Made by a program: the position numbers and the translations under genes. A stretch of 13,672 nucleotides of DNA, from positions 1 through 13,672 of the forward strand of contig CAXTKV010000146.1 of the NCBI GenBank assembly GCA_964244895.1. The letters run 5' to 3'. The DNA is from an uncultured Deinococcales bacterium. Its GTDB lineage: Bacteria; Deinococcota; Deinococci; Deinococcales; JAAFIG01. Shown piece after piece: positions 1 to 6,407 of this stretch. The notes beneath the pieces were generated by a model, which made no database searches, was not told where the DNA came from, and worked only from the letters and a program-made list of their open reading frames with translations. How positions within the stretch are numbered: the stretch's first letter is position 1; each line of letters begins with the position of its first letter.

Positions 1-1826
1 TTATCACTGTGGATTGCGGCGTCAGCAACCTCGATGAAATCGCGTTGATCGTGGCTGGCGGCGCGGAATGCATCGTGACCGATCACCACGCGCCCGGTCA
101 CGACCTGCCGGGTTGCCTGGTGGTTCACCCGGCGCTCGCGCCGAATTACCATCACGACCTGCCCGCGCTGACGGGTTCCGGCGTGGCGTTTCATCTGCTG
201 TGGGCCGTGCGGGACGCGCTCGGGCTCGAGCCGCCGTTTGAATACGCCGACCTGGCCAGCATCGGCACGATCGCCGACCTGGCACCGTTGCTGGGCGAGA
301 ACCGCGCGCTGGTGCGGATGGGTCTGGAACGGATGCGGGATTCGAAGTGGCCGGGGATTCGCACGGCGCTCGAATCGCACGGTGTGCGCACGAATGCGCT
401 GGCGGGCACGGCCAGCGCGTTGAAGGACGTGACGGCTCGCTTCGTGGCGTTCGTGATCGCGCCCAGAATCAACGCTGCGGGGCGGTTGGGTGAAGCGGGC
501 ATGGCCTTGGAGTTGCTGACCACCGAAAGCCCGCGCCGCGCCAAGGAACTGGCCACGTACCTGGACGCGCGCAACCTGGAACGGCGCAAGATTCAGGACA
601 AGATGTTCGAGGAAGCCGTGCCGCTGGTCGATCCGGACGCGCCCGCCATCGTCGTGACCAGGGATGGCTGGCATCCGGGTGTGATGGGCATCGTGGCCAG
701 CAAGCTGCTTGAGCGCTTTTACAAGCCCGTCTTCATCGCGGCGGCGGGAAAGGGGTCTGTGCGCTCCACGCCGGGCCTGTCCGCGGTCGAGGCGCTGCGG
801 CACGCCGGGAGTCACCTCAAGCGCTACGGTGGGCACACGGCGGCGGGCGGTTTTGCGATAGAGGACAACCAGTTCGATGCGTTCCACGGTGCGATTCTCG
901 AGTTCGCGTCGAGCCACGCACCGCCCGTGGAGACCATCGTCACGGACGCCCTGCTGGAACCGCACGAGGTCACCTTCGACATGAAACGCCACCTCGAGAA
1001 ACTCGAACCCTTCGGGCAGGGCAACCCCGCGCCCGTGTTCCTGGTGCGCGGGCCGCTGCGGAACGCCGGGCCTTTGGGCAAGGAAGGCAAGCATTTCAAA
1101 TACCAGATCGGCAGCGTGGCGGGCAAGCAATGGAACTTCAAGGGCGGTTTCGAGAACGGTGACGCCGTGGACGCCGCCGTCGAGGTCGAGGAGAACGAGT
1201 GGAACGGCAAGACCAGCCTGGAATTCAAGACGGTTCGGTTGCGGTACCAGACGAAACTGCAACTGCTGGAATCCGACCTGGACGACGGCATCATCTACCC
1301 GAGGCTGGAAACCAAAGCCGCGCTCGAGCGATTTAAGCTTGAACCTGAAAGCGTCTTCGCGTCCGGTCTGAGCCGCGCGTACATCGAAAAGAACTACCCG
1401 AACGTTCCCGTTCACGACGCGCCGGACGCGCCATCCAGCCTGACGCTGATCGCCATGCCGGATGCCGGTTTGCTCGAGGCGTGGATCGGCCAGAACGTTC
1501 CTTTGTCGTTTGCCTTGACCGAAAAAACCCTTCACGACCTGGAACTCACGCCGTTCTGGACGCTGGAACGCCTGCGTGACGCGTTCTTTCGCAAGCGATC
1601 CGGCGAGGACATCCCGCCGCGCGCCAAAACCCTGCTCGACCAGATTCGCGGCGTCAACCTCGAGAACGGCGAGCCGTACACGGTCTGTTCCGACCTGGTG
1701 CTCGAGGAAGCCCTCGCGTACCGCGTCGCCCAGTTCTGCCACGCGTACCGCCACGCCGACGACGCAGGATTCAGCCGGATCGTGCGCATTCTGTACGGCC
1801 AGCACGCCGCAGGGGCGGGTCTGTGA
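1..1826 (+). CDS. recJ: Single-stranded DNA 5'-3' exonuclease RecJ (5' end lies outside the window)
   Basis: The frame is open from base 3 (ITVDCG), so GTG at 9 is not the true start. DHH-family motifs are present: TVDCG, TDHH, SGVAF, GTIADL, PRINAAGRL, WHPGVMGIVASKL, GSVRS, GGH (DHHA1) and LEPFGQGNPAP. An OB-fold region and an extra C-terminal domain follow, as in Deinococcus/Thermus RecJ. Stop TGA at 1824-1826. Confidence 0.96.
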   Translation, partial: ITVDCGVSNLDEIALIVAGGAECIVTDHHAPGHDLPGCLVVHPALAPNYHHDLPALTGSGVAFHLLWAVRDALGLEPPFEYADLASIGTIADLAPLLGENRALVRMGLERMRDSKWPGIRTALESHGVRTNALAGTASALKDVTARFVAFVIAPRINAAGRLGEAGMALELLTTESPRRAKELATYLDARNLERRKIQDKMFEEAVPLVDPDAPAIVVTRDGWHPGVMGIVASKLLERFYKPVFIAAAGKGSVRSTPGLSAVEALRHAGSHLKRYGGHTAAGGFAIEDNQFDAFHGAILEFASSHAPPVETIVTDALLEPHEVTFDMKRHLEKLEPFGQGNPAPVFLVRGPLRNAGPLGKEGKHFKYQIGSVAGKQWNFKGGFENGDAVDAAVEVEENEWNGKTSLEFKTVRLRYQTKLQLLESDLDDGIIYPRLETKAALERFKLEPESVFASGLSRAYIEKNYPNVPVHDAPDAPSSLTLIAMPDAGLLEAWIGQNVPLSFALTEKTLHDLELTPFWTLERLRDAFFRKRSGEDIPPRAKTLLDQIRGVNLENGEPYTVCSDLVLEEALAYRVAQFCHAYRHADDAGFSRIVRILYGQHAAGAGL

Positions 1827-1841
1827 CCCGCCCTGGTTTTT
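1812..1841 (+). terminator. Probable intrinsic terminator overlapping the recJ stop codon
   Basis: GGGCGGGTC (1813-1821), loop TGT, GACCCGCCC (1825-1833) form a perfect 9-bp stem, followed by TGG-TTTTT (T run 1837-1841). Confidence 0.7.
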
Positions 1842-1927
1842 GCGTCACACGCACGTCTTGAAGAACCCGACGCCGTGTTTCATCGTGGGTTTTCCCGCGT
1901 GCCGGAGGGCAGGTCGCAGACCTTCCC

Positions 1928-1987
1928 GCACGAGAACGCCGTCCTGGACGCATTCTTGAGTTTGCGCGCTGGACGGTGTTCCCGTGC
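1928..1987. repeat. REP-like palindromic element, copy A
   Basis: GCACGAGAACGCCGTCC (1928-1944) and GGACGGTGTTCCCGTGC (1971-1987) form a 15/17 inverted repeat. The sequence resembles 5515-5570 and 9828-9876. Confidence 0.65.
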
Positions 1988-2001
1988 AGCTCGAGGTTTC
2001 G

Positions 2002-2007
2002 TAAAAT
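2002..2007 (+). promoter_or_regulatory. -10 element (TAAAAT) of a probable leaderless promoter
   Basis: TANNNT lies exactly 6 nt upstream of the GTG at 2014, with no convincing Shine-Dalgarno. Confidence 0.65.
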
Positions 2008-2013
2008 GGATTC

Positions 2014-3294
2014 GTGAAACCTCTCGAGGCGGTCTTGATCGGCGCTGGGAATCGTGGGCGGGACGTATTCGGACGCTTCGCGCGCGAGAACCCGCAGCAG
2101 CTCAAATTCGTGGGCGTGGCCGACCCAGACCCCGCCAAGCTCGAGCGTTTCGGGGTTGAACACGGCATTCCAAATTCGCGCCGATTCTCGAGCTGGGAGT
2201 CCTTGCTGGCTCAACCCAGGCTCGCGCCCGCGCTGTTCGATGCGCTACCGGACGCGCTGCACGAACAAAGCGCCGTTCAAGCCCTGGAGGCTGGCTATCA
2301 CGTCATGCTCGAGAAACCCGTCGCCAGCACGTTAGAAGGCAGCTTGCGCGTGGCTCAGGCTGCGGAATCGTCCGGCAGCGTCGTGATGCTCGGGTACGTG
2401 CTGCGCTACACGCCGTTTTTCAACACGGTGCGGAACATCGTGCAGTCTGGCGCGCTGGGTCGGGTGGTGACCATCGAATGGCGAGAGAACGTTTCCAGCA
2501 CGCATTTCTCGCACTCGTTCGTGCGCGGCAACTGGTCGCGGACAGCGCAATCCAGCCCGATGATCCTGGCCAAATGCTCGCACGATCTGGACATGCTTTC
2601 CTGGGTCACGGGCGGGCGCGTGGCGCGCGTCTCGAGCTTCGGGAACCTGATGTATTTCAAACCTGAAAATGCGCTGCGAGGTGCGCCAGAACGATGTCTG
2701 GATCATTGTCCGGTCGAGTCCGACTGCGCGTTCTCGGCGCTGAAAATCTACCTGAACGAAGACACCGGCTGGCCCGTCAGCGCGATCACGACCGATCTTT
2801 CCCCGGCGGGCAGACGCCGCGCCCTCGAGACGGGGCCGTATGGGCGCTGCGTGTACCGCGCCGGGAACGACGCGGTCGATCATCAGGTGGTCGCGTTTTC
2901 CTTCCAGGACGGCGCGTCCGGCACGCTGAGCATGCACGGTCACAGCGCCGAGGAGGGTCGATCCATCCGCATTGACGGCACAAAGGCCACGCTGCGCGGC
3001 ACCTTCAAGTCCAGCCTGCAAGAACTTCGGCTCGAGCCGCACGACATGAAAACCGCCTTTCAGGGCGGCGGAGAGGTCGTGCCGATCACCGCTCCGGCGG
3101 GCATCACGGGCGGCGGTCACGGCGGTGGCGACGATGGTCTGGTGGCGGCGTTCGTGCAGTCCGTGCTGGACGGTCACCGGGAACCCGTCTCGAGTTACAT
3201 GGAATCGCATGTTCTGGCGTTCGCTATCGAGCACGCGCGGCTGACCGGGCAGGTGGTGGACGTGGATGCGTTCAGGTCGGGTGCGTTCGCGTAA
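2014..3294 (+). CDS. Gfo/Idh/MocA-family NAD(P)-dependent oxidoreductase
   Basis: 426 aa. It has an N-terminal Rossmann motif (LIGAGNRG), EKP, GYVLRY, HSFVRGNW, catalytic-region KCSHDLD, a Cys-rich insert (RCLDHCPVESDC) and C-terminal GHGGGD. Confidence 0.92.
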   Translation: MKPLEAVLIGAGNRGRDVFGRFARENPQQLKFVGVADPDPAKLERFGVEHGIPNSRRFSSWESLLAQPRLAPALFDALPDALHEQSAVQALEAGYHVMLEKPVASTLEGSLRVAQAAESSGSVVMLGYVLRYTPFFNTVRNIVQSGALGRVVTIEWRENVSSTHFSHSFVRGNWSRTAQSSPMILAKCSHDLDMLSWVTGGRVARVSSFGNLMYFKPENALRGAPERCLDHCPVESDCAFSALKIYLNEDTGWPVSAITTDLSPAGRRRALETGPYGRCVYRAGNDAVDHQVVAFSFQDGASGTLSMHGHSAEEGRSIRIDGTKATLRGTFKSSLQELRLEPHDMKTAFQGGGEVVPITAPAGITGGGHGGGDDGLVAAFVQSVLDGHREPVSSYMESHVLAFAIEHARLTGQVVDVDAFRSGAFA

Positions 3295-3407
3295 ACAGAG
3301 CCGAGACTCGCGCGTGAAGGGATGCGAGACTCGTGGGTCAGCCGACTCGCGGCTCGAGCATGAGGATGTTTTACGGTGCCCTCACCCTAGCTTTACGAGC
3401 GTGTTCA

Positions 3408-3413
3408 TAAACT
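3408..3413 (+). promoter_or_regulatory. -10 element (TAAACT) of a probable leaderless promoter
   Basis: TANNNT lies 6 nt upstream of the GTG at 3420, with no Shine-Dalgarno. Confidence 0.6.
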
Positions 3414-3419
3414 TGAAGT

Positions 3420-4691
3420 GTGAAACGACACGTTTTGATCGCGACCGCCGCCATCGCCGCGCTTTCCTCGGCTCGGGCCGCCGACCTGATGCTCTACAAC
3501 AGCTTCGGCGAGGTCAGGGACGCCGTGACACTGACGGGCAGCAAGTTCGACTGGACGCCACCGGCTGACCTGGGTCAGTACCTGGTGGCGGGCAGCCTGG
3601 AACTGGAATACCCCGGTATCGTCTCGCAGACGCTCCTGCCGCCCGTACCGAGCCTGCTGGCGGCCTTTGAAGGCAAGGAAGTGCTGGTCAAGCGACCCGG
3701 TGCTGACGCGCTGGTCAAGGCGCGGGTTGTGCGGGCAGACATGGCGCTCTTCGAGGTGGGCGGGCAGTTCTTCACCGCCGATCCCAGCACGGTCGTCTAC
3801 CCGAACCTGGACGGAATCCGCTTCGCTCCGGTTTACTCGTGGCGGTTCACGGGCGCGGGCGGCCCGGCCAGCCTGACGTACCTGACGCGCGCGTTGTCGT
3901 GGGCACCGCGTTACACGCTCAACGTCGGCGCGGACAGGGTCGATCTGGAAAGCTGGGCGGACGTGCGCAACCAATCCAACCTGACGTACAACGCCCCGGC
4001 GCTCGGGCTGGTGGCGGGTCAGGTCAATTTGATCGCGGGTAACGAGGACGATGGCGTGCCGCGCCCGTCCCCCGCGCCGGTCGCATTCTCTCGGGCCGAC
4101 GGGATTGCAAACGTGCAGGCCACCGGGGAATCCGCTGGCTTGCAGACCTTCAAATACCCGAGCGCCGCGACGCTGCCCGCCAGATCGACCACCACCGTGC
4201 CGTTCTTGCAGACGCGCGTGACCCTGGATCGCGCGCTGGAATACGTCTCCGGCTGGAATCCCGCGCCGCGCCAGGTGCTGCCTTTGAACCGCCTGTACAC
4301 CCTCAAGGCCGAATCCGACTTGCCCGCCGGACTGATGACCGTGCGCGAGGAAGGCCGGGTCGTCGGTCAGGCGCGCATTGATGATTCGCCGCGCGCGGAA
4401 GGGGCCAAATTCAATCTCGGCCCGGATTTCGATTTGCGCTTGACGCGCACCGTGCAGGCGATGGAGCGCACCAAAACCACGGCGCGCTTCAAGGTCGCCT
4501 TCAGCTTGTCCAACACCAAAACCCGCGAGGTCACGGTTCGTCTGCGCGAGATGCTGGGACAGAACTGGAGCCTGGAGCAGACCGTCATGCCGAACCTGAA
4601 AAAAGACACGGAAGGCATCAGCGCTGAAGCTCGCCTCGCGCCCGGTGCGCGTCTGGAGGCGAGTTACACGGTGCTGTTCAAGTACCAGTAA
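3420..4691 (+). CDS. Secreted DUF4139-like protein
   Basis: 423 aa. It has a Sec signal peptide (MKRHVLIATAAIAALSSARA-A) and motifs typical of DUF4139 proteins: LTYLTRALSWAPRY, VRNQS...LVAGQVN, LPAG, G.DFDL and a beta-rich C-terminus. Confidence 0.75.
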   Translation: MKRHVLIATAAIAALSSARAADLMLYNSFGEVRDAVTLTGSKFDWTPPADLGQYLVAGSLELEYPGIVSQTLLPPVPSLLAAFEGKEVLVKRPGADALVKARVVRADMALFEVGGQFFTADPSTVVYPNLDGIRFAPVYSWRFTGAGGPASLTYLTRALSWAPRYTLNVGADRVDLESWADVRNQSNLTYNAPALGLVAGQVNLIAGNEDDGVPRPSPAPVAFSRADGIANVQATGESAGLQTFKYPSAATLPARSTTTVPFLQTRVTLDRALEYVSGWNPAPRQVLPLNRLYTLKAESDLPAGLMTVREEGRVVGQARIDDSPRAEGAKFNLGPDFDLRLTRTVQAMERTKTTARFKVAFSLSNTKTREVTVRLREMLGQNWSLEQTVMPNLKKDTEGISAEARLAPGARLEASYTVLFKYQ

Positions 4692-4700
4692 GCGTTGCGC

Positions 4701-4740
4701 TCGAGCCTCGAGGTTTCTGCTCGAGGCTCGATTTTTCTCT
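4701..4740 (+). terminator. Intrinsic terminator of the DUF4139-like gene
   Basis: TCGAGCCTCGAG (4701-4712), loop GTTTCTG, CTCGAGGCTCGA (4720-4731) form a perfect 12-bp stem followed by TTTTTCTCT. It starts 10 nt after the stop codon. Confidence 0.85.
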
Positions 4741-4790
4741 GGGGTGGGCCTGCCCCGTGAGGACGCCCTGGATATCGAATATCAGTTGCT

Positions 4791-4851
4791 AAAAAGACCG
4801 TCCCAGGCAGCGTTTTTGGTTCTCGAGAATCAACGTCCGGGACGGTCTTTT
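4791..4851. terminator. Long palindrome / probable terminator (minus strand, possibly bidirectional), REP-like copy B
   Basis: AAAAGACCGTCCC (4792-4804) and GGGACGGTCTTTT (4839-4851) are perfect 13-bp arms, with inner pairing up to the apex TTCTCGAGAA (4820-4829). It lies 3 nt beyond the stop codon of the minus-strand gene. Confidence 0.7.
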
Positions 4852-4854
4852 GAC

Positions 4855-5457
4855 CTAACCTCGGGTGCGTTCCAGCATCATCACCTGAATCAGCGATAAC
4901 GCCACCAGGCGTTCGTCCAGTCCGGCGTCCGCATCGGGCGTGAGTTCCTCGAGGGTGAAGTTGCGGCTGACCAGGGAGCGGCGTTTGGTGATGCGGTAGC
5001 GCACCGTGCCGGACGGGTCGGCCAGCAGGTAGCGCGGGTTGATGTACATGGCGATGAAGATCCCGGCGATCGGGATTTCACCCACGAATTCGTGCAGGAA
5101 TTTGATCCACGGGTTTTCCTCGCGGATGTGAAAGACTTCCGCCCCGTGCGGCCCCATGACGGTGTAGCGCGCCTGCCACAAACTCCGCAGGCCGTCGGCG
5201 CGCACGGCACCGACCGCCGCGCCGTCGCTGGAACGCGTGATGTGATGGACGGCGTTGAAGCCGATCACCCGGTCCGCTTTCATCTGGTAGAGCGGTTGGG
5301 TTTTGGCCTCGTCCGCGAAGACGGTCGTGGCCTCGCGCAAGGTCATGAGTTTTTGTTTGACCTGCAAAAGCATTTCGCCCTGGGCGTTCTTGACCTGAAT
5401 CTCGGGCGAGAGCGCCAGCAGGCGGAAGGTCGCGGTCAGCGGGTAGGTGACGTTCAT
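4855..5457 (-). CDS. Hypothetical protein, LURP-one-related/scramblase (Tubby C-terminal-like) fold
   Basis: 200 aa from the ATG at 5457 (MNVTYPL); the ORF-track start at 5511 is probably too long. The repeating beta-hairpin pattern (VKQKLMTLRE, GAVRADGLRSLWQARYTV, IREENPW, ITKRRSLVSRNFTL) with a C-terminal hydrophobic helix fits this family. Confidence 0.7.
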   Translation of the reverse strand: MNVTYPLTATFRLLALSPEIQVKNAQGEMLLQVKQKLMTLREATTVFADEAKTQPLYQMKADRVIGFNAVHHITRSSDGAAVGAVRADGLRSLWQARYTVMGPHGAEVFHIREENPWIKFLHEFVGEIPIAGIFIAMYINPRYLLADPSGTVRYRITKRRSLVSRNFTLEELTPDADAGLDERLVALSLIQVMMLERTRG

Positions 5458-5463
5458 GACGGG

Positions 5464-5469
5464 ATTGTA
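5464..5469 (-). promoter_or_regulatory. -10 element (TACAAT) of a probable leaderless promoter
   Basis: The minus strand reads TACAAT-CCCGTC-ATG, a 6-nt spacing to the ATG at 5457. Confidence 0.7.
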
Positions 5470-5508
5470 AAAGTTTTCACCGTTCAGGTGGTCAGTTTCC
5501 GACCAGCG

Positions 5509-5541
5509 CAAAAGAAGAACACCGTCTGGGACGGTGCTCTT
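5509..5541 (-). terminator. Probable terminator of the chemosensory operon, formed by REP-like copy C
   Basis: The minus strand reads AAGAGCACCGTC-CCA-GACGGTGTTCTT-CTTTT, a 12-bp stem with one G.U pair followed by a U-rich tail. It lies about 70 nt past the operon's last stop codon. Confidence 0.65.
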
Positions 5542-5608
5542 TGGTATTCAAAATTCGCGTGCTGGACGATCTCGAGGCCGCTCGGTCAATCTCGAAGATG
5601 AACTGTGT

Positions 5609-6397
5609 TCAGTTGGCCTCGAGCGCCAGCTTGATCTGTGGAAGTTGGCGTTGCACGGCGTACTTCAGGCTACCGGTGCTGCCTTCCAGAATCACCGCCA
5701 GCACGACCGTTTCGGTCACGCTGGTCAACAGCAGGTTGCGCCGCTGGTATTCGATGGAGACGCTGCCCAGGTTGCCGCTCTCGAGGTGTTCGCCCAGCAC
5801 GCCGGAGATCGAGGCGATGGTGCGCGCGAACGTGCCGAACAGCGCGGGATCGAGCAGTGCCTTGCCGCGCGCGGCCAGCACGGTGCCGTTGCGGTGAACG
5901 ACCGCCACGGTTTCGACCTCGGATTTCTCGAGGAAGGCTTCCAGGGACGATTCGAGCGGCGTGGAACCGGGCGGGGCTGCGGGTGCGGGAATTGCGGCGG
6001 GCGGGGCGGTCGCGGTTTCAGGTTTCACGCTCAGGTTCTGAAGCGCGGCATCGATCTTTGGAAAGAGTTCGTCCGGCGTGAACGGCTTGCTGACCACCGA
6101 CAGCGCACCGACAGCGCGGGCCTGGGCGATCACGCCCTCGTCCACGATGCCGGAAATCAGGATCACCGGCACGTGCCTCAGCGCCGCATCGGCCTTGAGG
6201 CTCGAGCACAGCTCGAAGCCGCTCATGCCCGGCATGACCACGTCCACGATCAACAGGTCGGGCACCTGAAGGCGCAGTTGCTCCAGAGCCTGTTCGCCGC
6301 TGGCGGCAGCTGAGACTTCCATCTGGCGCGGGGCGAGCACCCGCTCGAGCGCCTTGCGGACGCTGATGCTGTCATCGACGACGAGAACTCTGGGCAT
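5609..6397 (-). CDS. Response regulator: canonical receiver + Pro/Ala linker + Roadblock/LC7 (MglB-like) domain
   Basis: The receiver is intact (VLVVDDS, LLIVDVVMPGMSG, ILISG, SKPF). The C-terminal ~115 aa (VAVVHRNGTVLA...LESGNLGSVSIEY...VVLAVIL...LKYAVQR) follow the Roadblock helix-2strand-helix-3strand-helix pattern. The ATG at 6397 has AAGGAG 5 nt upstream. Confidence 0.82.
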   Translation of the reverse strand: MPRVLVVDDSISVRKALERVLAPRQMEVSAAASGEQALEQLRLQVPDLLIVDVVMPGMSGFELCSSLKADAALRHVPVILISGIVDEGVIAQARAVGALSVVSKPFTPDELFPKIDAALQNLSVKPETATAPPAAIPAPAAPPGSTPLESSLEAFLEKSEVETVAVVHRNGTVLAARGKALLDPALFGTFARTIASISGVLGEHLESGNLGSVSIEYQRRNLLLTSVTETVVLAVILEGSTGSLKYAVQRQLPQIKLALEAN

Positions 6398-6407
6398 GGT
6401 CACTCCT

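Noticed and set aside
1576..2214. Short ORFs spanning the recJ-oxidoreductase spacer (1576..1959, 1771..2214, 1845..2168, 1875..2159)
   Set aside because: They overlap established genes and hairpin-rich non-coding DNA, and have no motifs or convincing start signals.
3161..3174. CCGTGCTGGACGGT, resembling the REP-like tail; also CGTCCCGCACGG at 10052-10063
   Set aside because: These are isolated matches explained by common codons (VLDG, VRDG) within folded domains, with no accompanying partner arm.
2332..3234. 300-aa minus-strand ORF and other antisense ORFs (e.g. 5534..6313, 6516..7307, 10143..10850, 10838..11416)
   Set aside because: They are antisense shadows of well-supported genes.
5458..5511. 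N-terminal extension of the 4855..5511 ORF
   Set aside because: It runs through the TACAAT -10 box and up to the terminator hairpin. The ATG at 5457 fits the leaderless pattern.
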